Shown one piece after another: positions 16,204-25,998 of a stretch of DNA of 64,000 bases (its first letter is position 1; each line of letters begins with the position of its first letter). The stretch lies in the NCBI GenBank assembly GCA_910577225.1, contig CAJTMV010000004.1, positions 103,005 to 167,004 on the forward strand. The letters are read 5' to 3'. The notes under the pieces were generated by a model. It worked only from the letters and a program-made list of their open reading frames with translations. It did no database searches and was not told the DNA's origin. Source of the stretch: an uncultured Eubacterium sp. (GTDB lineage: Bacteria; Bacillota; Clostridia; Lachnospirales; Lachnospiraceae). The position numbers were made by a program, and so were the translations under genes.

Positions 16204-17219
16204 TGAATGAATCCTCTTGTGCCTATGAAATCATCCAGGAAACCCTGCAGGCCACAGGCAACTCGCTGTCCGTCAGCTCCTTATGCTCCATGGCCGGCGT
16301 ATCCCGGAGCGGATACTACGCCTGGCTCAAGGCTGCACCCATCAGGGAAGCGCAGGAGCAGAGGGACCGTGAGGATTTTGACCTGGTACTGGAAGCCTGC
16401 CGCATGCGTGGCTATTCCAAAGGGGCAAAAGGCATATATATGGCCCTCCTCCATATGGAGCCCCCGGTCATCATGAACCTCAAAAAAATACGGAGGCTCA
16501 TGGACAAATACAGCCTGTCATGCCCTGTGCGCAAGGCAAACCCCTACCGGAGGATGGCCAGGGCCCTGAGAACCAGCAGCGTGGCGGACAACCTGCTGCG
16601 GCGCGAGTTTGAATGCTACGGCCCGCGGATGGTTCTGCTGACGGACATCACGTACCTTCCATACAATGGGACGTTCGCCTACCTGTCGACCATACTGGAC
16701 GCATTCACGAAGCAGATCCTGTCGTATGCCCTCAGCCCGTCATTGGAAGTGGACTTCGTCCTGGAAACAGTAGAGCTGCTTATTAAAAGGCATGGCATCT
16801 CGCTCCATGCCGAGACGGTCATCCACAGCGACCAGGGATGCCATTATACAAGCCACAAGTTTATCAATATCGTGCAGGACAAAGGGCTCAGGCAGTCCAT
16901 GTCACGCAAAGGCAACTGCTGGGACAACGCGCCGCAGGAAATCTTCTTCGGCCACATGAAAGACCACATAAAAGACAGGATCGCGGCCTGTCCCTGCTAT
17001 GGAGATGTCAGGGCGGTTGTGGACGATTACATGGACTATTACAATAATCAGCGTTACCAGTGGCGCCTGGCAAAACTCTCGCCAAATGAATACTATCAGT
17101 TCGTCACGAGTGGGACCTACCCACTGGATATCCCAAACACACCGGCGCCACCAGCATATGAGAAGCAGCCGGAAGAGCTGGGCATTCACGCAGCCGAAAA
17201 GAAAACCGAAAACAATTAA
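16200..17219 (+). CDS. IS3-family transposase OrfB (DDE integrase core)
   Basis: LTDITY..., HSDQGCHYTS and CWDNAPQEIFFGHMK blocks form an rve-type DDE pattern. Confidence 0.85.
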   Translation: MMNESSCAYEIIQETLQATGNSLSVSSLCSMAGVSRSGYYAWLKAAPIREAQEQRDREDFDLVLEACRMRGYSKGAKGIYMALLHMEPPVIMNLKKIRRLMDKYSLSCPVRKANPYRRMARALRTSSVADNLLRREFECYGPRMVLLTDITYLPYNGTFAYLSTILDAFTKQILSYALSPSLEVDFVLETVELLIKRHGISLHAETVIHSDQGCHYTSHKFINIVQDKGLRQSMSRKGNCWDNAPQEIFFGHMKDHIKDRIAACPCYGDVRAVVDDYMDYYNNQRYQWRLAKLSPNEYYQFVTSGTYPLDIPNTPAPPAYEKQPEELGIHAAEKKTENN

Positions 17220-17401
17220 ACCCTGCATCACCATGCGCAAGGAGCGGAACCGTTGTCAGGGGAACCGTGGGATACCGCAGCCCGGCACGTTTTTGGCCGG
17301 GTGAGGATATGCCGCGAAAGTCCCTTGACATAAGGTTCACGGATTACCCTTTTATAAGGAAAAAGGATTAATTTGTAAACCTTATTATACATGCCAATTA
17401 T

Positions 17402-17848
17402 TTGATGGATGCAGGTGTTTTGAAAGTGATAAAAAAGTCAAATGGATTTGAATTTACGAATCCGGGTATTCTGAAGATTCCACTGGAGGATATTTACCGG
17501 GGAGGAAATTCAAAATCAAGAAACCCGCACATGCAGACCATACTGAGAATGGTTGGATTTGGGGACAATGCGGGGTCCGGATTTCCATCCATATTGGCAA
17601 CTTGGAAAGAGGAAGGCTGGGTAAAACCAGAACTGATAGAAAATACAGCTCTTAATCAGGTGACGCTTTATCTAAAAATGATTCCGAAACATGGAGAACA
17701 ATCAGCAAAAAAAACAGCAGAAAAATTAGCAGAATCAGCAGAAAAATCAGCAGAAATGCAAGAGACGCTGTTATCTGAAAGGCAGAAACAGATACTTGCG
17801 TGCATGGAATTAGAAGTATTGTATAGAAGGTATATAAGGATGGAATAA
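17402..17848 (+). pseudogene. C-terminal fragment of an AlbA_2/HATPase_c_4-type (RecG-like C-terminal) putative transcriptional regulator
   Basis: NPGILKIPLEDIYRGGNSKSRNPHMQTILRMVGFGDNAGSGFPSI is the C-terminal module of proteins that are normally about 450-500 aa. The N-terminal two thirds are absent. Confidence 0.5.
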
Positions 17849-17989
17849 AGTAAGGAATAATGTGAAATGTGCCAATGGGATAAATATTTTATTCAAATTG
17901 CGGTCTAGGATTTGTTATGTATAAGACAAAAATCAGCATTTGATCGGTATATATGATTACATTTAATGCTTAGGAGGAGAAAGTGAAAA

Positions 17990-18307
17990 ATGGTTGAGCC
18001 TTCAAAAAGGGACTGGAAATTATATAGAGAGAAAATTGGTGGATGGCAGGAACATTATATGGAAAAGCTGGTCAAGGAATATGCGGACTATTTATGTAGC
18101 GACTTGCCTGCATCTACCAAGTTTTGGGAAATAGAGAAAAGGATTAAGAGAGATCGGAAAATGCCGGGTGTCTGTATTGAGTTAAGAAAATCTGACATGT
18201 TTTGGGACATTGCAGGACTAATTAACGATAAAGTTATCTCAATGGATGATTTAGAAGAATTTAGTGATGATTTAAAAGAAGCAGTAGCCCTGATTTTGAG
18301 GAGATGA
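17990..18307 (+). CDS. Hypothetical protein (105 aa)
   Basis: ORF with a GGAGGAG RBS. No recognised motif. Confidence 0.4.
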   Translation: MVEPSKRDWKLYREKIGGWQEHYMEKLVKEYADYLCSDLPASTKFWEIEKRIKRDRKMPGVCIELRKSDMFWDIAGLINDKVISMDDLEEFSDDLKEAVALILRR

Positions 18308-18382
18308 AAAATTGTATTGTTCTTTGTATAAACGAGAGAGTGGTGGTTATGTTGGCAGAAAAAATAAGTTTTTAGTCCTTAC

Positions 18383-18553
18383 TTGACAGAAGAACAGACA
18401 ATCTCCAAATGGGAAACAGATGAAACGCTGCCGGATATCCGTCAGTCGAAACGGCTTGCGGTTCTGTACGGGGTGTCACTGGATGAGCTGGTCAGGTTTG
18501 ATATTAACATCAAAGAGATACAGGAGGTATTGTGTATAAAACAAATAACTTAA
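18383..18553 (+). pseudogene. Remnant of an XRE-family HTH regulator
   Basis: My translation, LTEEQTISKWETDETLPDIRQSKRLAVLYGVSLDELVRF, is the second half of a Cro/C1-type HTH domain. It has no start codon and no first helix. Confidence 0.45.
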
Positions 18554-18666
18554 AAATAGAAAAGACTTGCTTTTTGGAAAATTTTACTATAGAATAAAAA
18601 TCACAATGAGTCATTCGTTGTAAAAATCACCAAATTTAAAAAGCAACAAGGAAAGGGAGGGAATTT

Positions 18667-20721
18667 ATGTTACAAAAAATGAAAAAACTGTTGTCTGTAT
18701 TTCTGGCACTGGCATTGATGCTTGGCGTGGCTGGCGTGCCGCTGGATCAGGTGCAGGCAGCAGAAGGGGATGTCGTCATTACCCTGTTAGAAACGACAGA
18801 TATTCACGGACATCTTGTTGAGACACCCGGCAGTGACAAAGCAGAGTATCAGTATCGGATGGCTTATATGGCAAAGCTGTTTAACGATTACCGTGCAAAA
18901 GGAGAAGTCATTGCATTAAACGGCGGAGATACTTTCCAGGGAACGCCGCTGTCAAATCTTTCGTTTGGAAAATACCTGATCCAGGCGCTGGACGCAATGA
19001 AATTTGACGCATCGGCAGTCGGAAATCATGAATTTGACTGGGGTATTGAAAAAGTGACGACCAGCCAGGCAACGCTTGCAGACAGCCAGATACCAATGTT
19101 AGCCTGCAATATCTTTGTAAAAGAAACTGGAAAACCGGTTGATTTTGCAAAGCCATATACGGTTATCGAAAGAAGCGGCAAAAAGATCGCCGTCATCGGC
19201 TGGGCAGACGAGTATTCGGCAGATATTATGGCTGAGCGGATTGCGCCTTATACCATCAGCGAGGATGCGACTTTAGTCAATAACCTTGCAAAAGAGTTAA
19301 AGACAAAAGGAGAAGCAGACGCAGTGATCGTACTGGCACACGACGATGCGCAGGAAGCGGTAGAGAAGTTTGAAGCCGGCCATATTGACGTCGTGTTTGG
19401 CGGACATTCCCATCAGATCAAAGTCGGCACAGGAAGCAACGGCATTCCTTACGGCCAGGGCAATCGGGAAGCAAGAGGCTATGCAATGGCAACGATGACA
19501 ATCGGCGCTGACAACAAAGTGTCTGTAACGACACCGGAATATATGGATATTTATGAGAACTCTGATCAGTTAAAATATACAGAGGCAAACAAAGGTGATT
19601 TTGACGAAGCAATTCTTAAGATTTCCAACACGGCAGTGGACGAGGTAGCTCCGCTTTTGAATCAGGAAATCGCAGAACTCCCGGTAGCGCTGGACCGGAC
19701 TTTAATCGAAGGAACGCTTACATCTGTAATGGGTAACTGGATTACGGATATGATGCGTTATGAGGAAGGTGTGGATTTCGCATTCTGCAACGACGGCGGT
19801 ATTCGTACCAATTTTGAAGCAAAGAAACTGACCGTGAACGATATTTATACGGTAGCTCCGTTTGGCAACCTGATTTATAAGATTGAAATGACCGGCACAC
19901 AGATCGTAAAACTGTTAGAGCAGGTCGTAGGCAACGATTCTTCCAATATGCAGATGTCTGGTCTGACTGCAAAATACGACCTGACTCTTCCGGAAGATCA
20001 GCAGGTATTTGACGTATGTCTTGCAGACGGCACGCCAATCGATCCGGAAAAAACTTATACGCTTGTAACAAACGAATATCTGGCAACGGGCGGAAACAAA
20101 TATACGGCATTTGCAGAAGACCGCGTATCTTCTGTAAATACAAATGTTGCAGATAATATTTCCCTGATTGAGAAAGTCACAAAACTCGGCAAGGAAGGTC
20201 CGCTTGTAATCGACACTGCGCCACGTTTTGTAGAAGCTGCCAAACCGGCGGAAGTTCCAAGTGTCTCCGACAAAAAGACGGCATATGTGGGACGGAAATT
20301 TACCATTCAGATCAATGGACTGGCAGAAGGCGCAAAAGTAGTATATAGCTCGAACAACAAAAAAGCGGCTGTTGTCGATAAAAACGGCAAAGTAACTGCA
20401 AAGGCAAAAGGAACGGCTGTTATTACCGCAAAGGTAACGCAGAACGATACGACTTATAAGTTAAAGATCAAAGTTACCGTTAAAAATCCTGTGATTAAGA
20501 TGACAGCTTCCACAAAACAGCTGACAGTTGGACAGACTTATACGTTTAAAGCAAAGGCATACGGCCTTAAAGGTGACATTACATGGACATCTTCAAATAA
20601 GGCGGTAGCGTCTGTAACAGCAAAAGGAAAAGTAACGGCAAAAGCAGCCGGCACAACTTCGATTCAGGCGCAGGTAAATGGAAAGAGCGTTTCCTGCAAG
20701 CTCACGGTAAAGAAGAAATAA
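18667..20721 (+). CDS. Secreted bifunctional metallophosphatase/5'-nucleotidase with C-terminal Big_2 Ig-like repeats
   Basis: Signal peptide, then TTDIHGH, GGDTFQG and GNHEFD metallophosphatase motifs. Two C-terminal repeats of the type AVVDKNGKVTAKAKGTAVITAKV. Confidence 0.8.
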   Translation: MLQKMKKLLSVFLALALMLGVAGVPLDQVQAAEGDVVITLLETTDIHGHLVETPGSDKAEYQYRMAYMAKLFNDYRAKGEVIALNGGDTFQGTPLSNLSFGKYLIQALDAMKFDASAVGNHEFDWGIEKVTTSQATLADSQIPMLACNIFVKETGKPVDFAKPYTVIERSGKKIAVIGWADEYSADIMAERIAPYTISEDATLVNNLAKELKTKGEADAVIVLAHDDAQEAVEKFEAGHIDVVFGGHSHQIKVGTGSNGIPYGQGNREARGYAMATMTIGADNKVSVTTPEYMDIYENSDQLKYTEANKGDFDEAILKISNTAVDEVAPLLNQEIAELPVALDRTLIEGTLTSVMGNWITDMMRYEEGVDFAFCNDGGIRTNFEAKKLTVNDIYTVAPFGNLIYKIEMTGTQIVKLLEQVVGNDSSNMQMSGLTAKYDLTLPEDQQVFDVCLADGTPIDPEKTYTLVTNEYLATGGNKYTAFAEDRVSSVNTNVADNISLIEKVTKLGKEGPLVIDTAPRFVEAAKPAEVPSVSDKKTAYVGRKFTIQINGLAEGAKVVYSSNNKKAAVVDKNGKVTAKAKGTAVITAKVTQNDTTYKLKIKVTVKNPVIKMTASTKQLTVGQTYTFKAKAYGLKGDITWTSSNKAVASVTAKGKVTAKAAGTTSIQAQVNGKSVSCKLTVKKK

Positions 20722-20804
20722 CGTAAATTCATACAGGAAACCAGATGTTACATTTGCGTATGTAAAAACATCAGGTTAAACAAAATTGTGATAGTATGTT
20801 TTTG

Positions 20805-20834
20805 AAAGAGCAGCAGTTATACTGCTGCTCTTTT
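20805..20834 (+). terminator. Intrinsic terminator
   Basis: Perfect 13-bp stem aaagagcagcagt / actgctgctcttt with a 3-nt loop and a T-run. Confidence 0.6.
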
Positions 20835-21034
20835 AATGCTATACGTATTTTCTTTAAAACTTACGTGCTGTATCAGATAAAATACAAAAAATCTGCATTT
20901 CGAGGTTTTCTTTAAACACCTTCCTGCAGACAAATTTGGAACAGCGCGATTTTTAACGACAGGCAAACGCTGCCGGAAGGATTCGCCAGTTTTCTCTGAT
21001 TTTAAATTCCCGATCAATTTCTCACAAATTTTTC

Positions 21035-21063
21035 TTGCACTCAGCGATACTCTGCGCTATAAT
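21035..21063 (+). promoter_or_regulatory. Sigma-A-type promoter for the pheST leader
   Basis: TTGCAC, a 17-nt spacer, then TATAAT. Confidence 0.45.
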
Positions 21064-21069
21064 AGGTGC

Positions 21070-21352
21070 AGTCTGAATATGTAAATGCGAAGAAGGTGGC
21101 ATAACGCAGCTGAAGGCTGATACCGCTGACAGAGAGAAAAAGTGAGGCGCTGAGAGCTTTTTCCGGGACGGGCAGTTTTTGGATTTCACACTGGAGCAGT
21201 CTGGATGAACCTGTAACGTCTGATACGTCAGACCGGTAGTTCGGAACGTTCATACACGTTACGTATGTCAAGTGCCTGATCTGGAGAAACGATCAGGAAA
21301 CAGGGTGGTACCGCGGAATAACTTCGTCCCTTTTTAGGGATGGGGTTTTTTT
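21070..21352 (+). promoter_or_regulatory. T-box riboswitch leader (Phe)
   Basis: Conserved T-box sequence GGGTGGTACCGCG at 21303-21315. AGAGAG and GCTGAGAGC stem I elements. Candidate specifier UUC followed by A at 21185-21188. The terminator is cgtccct-tttt-agggatg followed by a T-run, just before pheS. Confidence 0.8.
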
Positions 21353-21383
21353 ATTTTATTTTTTCGATAAGGAGAATTCGCAT

Positions 21384-22403
21384 ATGAAGGAAAAACTGCA
21401 AAAAATCAAAGAAGAGGCGATTCGTCAGATACAGGCTTCGGAGGGATTGTCCGGATTAAACGACGTTCGGGTAGCGTTTCTTGGCAAAAAGGGAGAACTG
21501 ACCGCCGTCTTAAAGAGTATGAAAGACGTGCTGCCGCAGGATCGGCCGGCAGTCGGCCAGCTTGTCAATGAGACGAGAGCTGCGATCGAAGAAATGCTGG
21601 AAGAGACGAAAAAAAAGCTGGAAGAGGCTGAATTAAATTTCCGCTTAAAACAGGAAGTGATCGATGTAACGCTCCCGGCAAAGAAAAACCGTATCGGGCA
21701 CCGGCATCCGAATACGATCGCACTGGAAGAAGTGGAACGTATTTTTGTAGGTATGGGCTACGAAGTCGTGGAAGGTCCGGAGATAGAGTATGATTACTAT
21801 AATTTTGAAGCGTTAAACATCCCTGCGGATCATCCGGCAAAGGATGAACAGGATACATTTTATATTAACAATCAGATCTTATTGCGTACACAGACTTCAC
21901 CGGTTCAGGTACGTACCATGGAGAGCCGGCCGCTGCCGATTCGCATGATTGCTCCGGGCAGAGTATTTCGTTCCGACGAAGTCGATGCCACGCATTCCCC
22001 ATCGTTCCATCAGATTGAAGGAATGGTCATCGACAGGCACATTACGTTTGCAGATCTGAAAGGAACGCTCGCGGAGTTTGCAAAAGAATTGTTTGGAAAA
22101 GATACGAAAGTAAAGTTCCGTCCGCATCATTTCCCATTTACCGAACCAAGCGCGGAAGTGGACGTCACCTGCTTTAAATGCGGGGGCAGCGGCTGTCGTT
22201 TTTGTAAAGGCAGCGGCTGGATTGAGATTTTGGGATGTGGGATGATTCATCCAAAAGTACTTAAAATGAGCGGTATCGACCCAGAGGAGTATTCCGGGTT
22301 TGCATTTGGCGTCGGTCTGGAACGAATTGCGCTGCTGAAATATGAAATTGACGACATGCGTCTTTTGTATGAAAATGACGACAGATTTTTGTCACAGTTT
22401 TAA
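21384..22403 (+). CDS. pheS: Phenylalanine--tRNA ligase alpha subunit
   Basis: FRPHHFPFTEPSAEVD and GFAFGVGLERIA class II motifs. Confidence 0.95.
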   Translation: MKEKLQKIKEEAIRQIQASEGLSGLNDVRVAFLGKKGELTAVLKSMKDVLPQDRPAVGQLVNETRAAIEEMLEETKKKLEEAELNFRLKQEVIDVTLPAKKNRIGHRHPNTIALEEVERIFVGMGYEVVEGPEIEYDYYNFEALNIPADHPAKDEQDTFYINNQILLRTQTSPVQVRTMESRPLPIRMIAPGRVFRSDEVDATHSPSFHQIEGMVIDRHITFADLKGTLAEFAKELFGKDTKVKFRPHHFPFTEPSAEVDVTCFKCGGSGCRFCKGSGWIEILGCGMIHPKVLKMSGIDPEEYSGFAFGVGLERIALLKYEIDDMRLLYENDDRFLSQF

Positions 22404-22444
22404 CAGATAGAAAGACAAAGTAAGAAAATATTGGAGGAAATGAC

Positions 22445-24865
22445 ATGAATACTTCTTTAAAGTGGATCAAAGATCTGGTGCCGGGACTGCAGGCGACACC
22501 GCAGGAATATGCGGACGCCATGACGCTGTCCGGTACGAAAGCAGAAGGATATGAAGCGTTTGACAAAGATCTTTGCAACATCGTGATCGGACAGATTCAA
22601 AAAATAGAAAAACATCCGGATGCAGATAAACTGGTCGTTTGTCAGGTAGACGTTGGACAGGAAGAGCCTGTGCAGATCGTAACCGGAGCGCCAAATGTCA
22701 AAGAGGGCCAGAAAGTTCCGGTTGTGCTGGATGGCGGCCGCGTGGCAGGCGGTCATGACGGTTCAAAGACCGAGGGCGGCATCAAAATAAAAAAAGGAAA
22801 ATTAAGAGGCGTCGTATCAAACGGGATGATGTGTTCCATCGAAGAGCTTGGTTCTTCCAAAGATATGTATCCCAACGCGCCTGAAGAAGGTATCTACATT
22901 TTTGACGACAGCGTAACCGTCGGCGCAGACGCGGTAAAACAGCTTGGACTGGACGACGTATCTGTCGAGTATGAAATTACGTCCAATCGTGTGGACTGTT
23001 TTAGCGTCCTTGGTATTGCAAGAGAAGCAGCGGCAACGTTTGATCTGCCTTTTCAGCCTCCGGTAGTGACACCGACCGGAAATGCAGAGGATGTGAACGA
23101 TTATATCAAAGTCCGCGTGGATGATCTGACACTTTGTCCGCGTTATACAGCCCGCGTCGTAAAAAATATCCGGATCGAACCGTCGCCGGAATGGATGCAG
23201 CGCAGGCTGATGGCACAGGGGATTCGCCCGATCAATAATATCGTCGATATTACAAACTATGTGATGGAAGAATACGGCCAGCCAATGCATGCCTATGATC
23301 TGGACACGATTGCAGGAAAACAGATTATCGTACGGCGGGCAGAGCAAAACGAGACATTTGTCACACTGGACGGACAGGAACGTGTACTGGACGATACGGT
23401 GCTGATGATCTGCGACGCGGACAAACCAGTCGGCATTGCCGGGATTATGGGCGGTGAAAATTCAATGATCACGGACAATGTCACGACTATGCTGTTTGAA
23501 GCCGCATGCTTTGACGGCACCAATATCCGCCGCTCGTCCAAAAAGATCGGTATGCGGACCGATGCGTCTGGCAAATTTGAAAAAGGACTGGATCCAAACA
23601 ATGCGATGGATGCTATGAACCGCGCCTGCCAGCTGATCGAACAGCTTGGCGCAGGGGAAGTAGTCGGAGGCGCCGTAGACGTTTATCCGGACAAAAAAGA
23701 AGGAAGACGGATTTTGTTTGAGCCTGACAAATATAACCGTCTGCTCGGCACCAGTCTTGCACCGGAGCAAATGCTTGCTTATTTTAAAAAGATCGATCTT
23801 GGCTATGATGCAAATACGAGCGAAGTACTGATTCCGTCCCGGAGACAGGATCTGGAATGCGGTGCGGATCTGGCAGAGGAGGTAGCGAGATTTTATGGTT
23901 ATGATAAAATCGAAACGACACTGCCGTCCGGTGAAGCAACTACCGGTAAGCTGTCGTTTAAGCTGCGTGTAGAGGCAGTGGCCAGAGATGTGGCGGAATA
24001 CTGCGGATTCAGCCAGGGTATGGTATATTCGTTCGAAAGTCCGAAAGTATTTGACAAGCTGCTGCTGCCAAAAGATTCGCCGCTTCGCCAGGCAGTCGTG
24101 ATCTCAAATCCGCTTGGCGAGGACTTTAGCATTATGCGTACGATTTCGCTGAACGGAATGCTTACGTCCTTAGCGACAAATTACAACAGAAGAAACAAAG
24201 ATGTGCGCCTGTACGAGCTTGGCAATATTTATCTGCCAAAAGAGCTGCCGCTTGCCGAGCTGCCGGACGAGCGGATGCAGTTTACGCTCGGCATGTACGG
24301 AGAAGGTGATTTCTTCACGATGAAAGGCGTTATCGAAGAATTTTTACAGCAGGCAGGTATGCATAAAAAGCCGGAATACGATCCGAACGCCGAAAAGCCG
24401 TTCCTGCATCCGGGCAGACAGGCAAACGTTTGCTATGACGGTCAGGTCATTGGCTATTTTGGCGAAGTGCATCCGACGGTAGCGGCCAATTACTCGATGA
24501 AAGAGCGGGTTTATGTAGCAGTGATCGATATGCCGTTCGTTGTAAAGATGGCGGATTTTGACCGCAAATATACCGGTATCGCAAAGTTTCCGGCAGTTAC
24601 CAGAGATCTGAGTATGGTCTGCCCGAAGCAGATTTTAGCCGGCGATATTGAAAAAATCATTGAAAGCAACGGCGGAAGTTATCTGGAGAGCTATCGGCTG
24701 TTTGATATCTACGAAGGGAATCAGATTAAGCTGGGATATAAATCTTTGGCCTATTCGATTACTTTCCGCGCGTCAGACCGTACGCTGGACGACGAGGCAG
24801 TCAGCGAGCCAGTTCAAAAGATTATCAAAGCGCTCGAAGAAACAGGCGTCGAACTTCGAAAATAA
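22445..24865 (+). CDS. pheT: Phenylalanine--tRNA ligase beta subunit
   Basis: N-terminal tRNA-binding domain (KHPDADKLVVCQVDVG), followed by B3/4, B5 and FDX-ACB regions. 806 aa. Confidence 0.95.
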   Translation: MNTSLKWIKDLVPGLQATPQEYADAMTLSGTKAEGYEAFDKDLCNIVIGQIQKIEKHPDADKLVVCQVDVGQEEPVQIVTGAPNVKEGQKVPVVLDGGRVAGGHDGSKTEGGIKIKKGKLRGVVSNGMMCSIEELGSSKDMYPNAPEEGIYIFDDSVTVGADAVKQLGLDDVSVEYEITSNRVDCFSVLGIAREAAATFDLPFQPPVVTPTGNAEDVNDYIKVRVDDLTLCPRYTARVVKNIRIEPSPEWMQRRLMAQGIRPINNIVDITNYVMEEYGQPMHAYDLDTIAGKQIIVRRAEQNETFVTLDGQERVLDDTVLMICDADKPVGIAGIMGGENSMITDNVTTMLFEAACFDGTNIRRSSKKIGMRTDASGKFEKGLDPNNAMDAMNRACQLIEQLGAGEVVGGAVDVYPDKKEGRRILFEPDKYNRLLGTSLAPEQMLAYFKKIDLGYDANTSEVLIPSRRQDLECGADLAEEVARFYGYDKIETTLPSGEATTGKLSFKLRVEAVARDVAEYCGFSQGMVYSFESPKVFDKLLLPKDSPLRQAVVISNPLGEDFSIMRTISLNGMLTSLATNYNRRNKDVRLYELGNIYLPKELPLAELPDERMQFTLGMYGEGDFFTMKGVIEEFLQQAGMHKKPEYDPNAEKPFLHPGRQANVCYDGQVIGYFGEVHPTVAANYSMKERVYVAVIDMPFVVKMADFDRKYTGIAKFPAVTRDLSMVCPKQILAGDIEKIIESNGGSYLESYRLFDIYEGNQIKLGYKSLAYSITFRASDRTLDDEAVSEPVQKIIKALEETGVELRK

Positions 24866-24886
24866 AATAAAGATGGATAGATCATT

Positions 24887-25912
24887 ATGGATGTAAAAGA
24901 TTTCTATTATGAACTTCCGAAAGAACTGATTGCACAGGATCCGCTGTCCGACCGTTCCAGCTCCAGACTTATGGTGCTTGGACGGGAGGACGGCTCCATA
25001 GAACATCATGTATTTCGGGAGATTACAAATTATCTGGATCCGGGAGACTGTCTGGTCATTAACAATACGAAAGTACTTCCGGCACGCTTATACGGCCAAA
25101 AAGAAGGCACGCAGGCCGGCATCGAGCTGCTGCTGTTAAGACGCTTACAGGGCGACTGCTGGGAAACGCTGGTAAAGCCGGGGAAAAAAGCAAAAACCGG
25201 AACCAGAATACAGTTTGGCGAAGGCCTGTTAACCGCAGAAGTGATCGATATCGCAGAAGAAGGCAACCGGATCATTCAGTTTTCCTATCATGGGATTTTT
25301 GAAGAGATTCTGGATCAGCTTGGAGAAATGCCGCTGCCGCCTTATATCACGCATCGTCTGCAGGACAGGCAGCGTTATCAGACCGTCTATGCGACACAGG
25401 AAGGCTCCGCGGCAGCGCCGACTGCCGGACTGCATTTTACGCCGCAGCTGTTAGAGCAGATTCAGGACAAAGGCGTAGAGATCGCGCAGGTAACGCTTCA
25501 CGTGGGGCTTGGGACGTTTCGGCCGGTGAAAGTGGATCAGGTGTCCGATCATCATATGCATTCGGAATATTATGAGATTACACAGGAACAGGCCGATAAG
25601 ATCAACCGCGCAAAAGACAGCGGACACCGCGTCATAGCCGTAGGTACGACAAGTACCCGCACGCTCGAATCTGTGGCAGATGCGGACGGACATGTAAAAG
25701 CAGCCGGCGGCTGGACGCAGATTTTTATTTATCCAGGATACCAGTTTCGATGCATCGACGGACTGATTACAAACTTCCATCTGCCGGAATCTACGCTGAT
25801 TATGCTTGTCAGCGCGCTGGCAGGAAGAGAACATGTTCTGGAGGCATATAAACAGGCGGTTTTGGAAAAATATCGGTTTTTTAGTTTTGGAGACGCGATG
25901 TACATCGGCTGA
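24887..25912 (+). CDS. queA: S-adenosylmethionine:tRNA ribosyltransferase-isomerase
   Basis: [18 protein letters not shown] and TAGLHFT motifs. Confidence 0.95.
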   Translation: MDVKDFYYELPKELIAQDPLSDRSSSRLMVLGREDGSIEHHVFREITNYLDPGDCLVINNTKVLPARLYGQKEGTQAGIELLLLRRLQGDCWETLVKPGKKAKTGTRIQFGEGLLTAEVIDIAEEGNRIIQFSYHGIFEEILDQLGEMPLPPYITHRLQDRQRYQTVYATQEGSAAAPTAGLHFTPQLLEQIQDKGVEIAQVTLHVGLGTFRPVKVDQVSDHHMHSEYYEITQEQADKINRAKDSGHRVIAVGTTSTRTLESVADADGHVKAAGGWTQIFIYPGYQFRCIDGLITNFHLPESTLIMLVSALAGREHVLEAYKQAVLEKYRFFSFGDAMYIG

Positions 25913-25998
25913 GCAAAAATCGGAACCTGACCTGTGCAAAATTGGACGAATACGATTTTCAGGATGGCATAGATTGTAATAATAAGGAAGAGATTGTC

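Larger units (their letters stand above)
15584..17349 (+). mobile_element. IS3-family insertion sequence (ends approximate)
   Basis: orfA and orfB are in a -1 frame arrangement. The imperfect terminal similarity is TAACCGTGGAC (left) against the reverse complement of GTTCACGGATTA (right). The element is much more GC-rich than the flanking island. No clear target duplication. Confidence 0.7.

Noticed and set aside
15584-17349. Precise IS3 termini and target duplication
   Set aside because: Only a short imperfect terminal match could be found by eye, and the flanking triplets differ (TAA vs TTT). The coordinates are given as approximate, with no claim of a target-site duplication.
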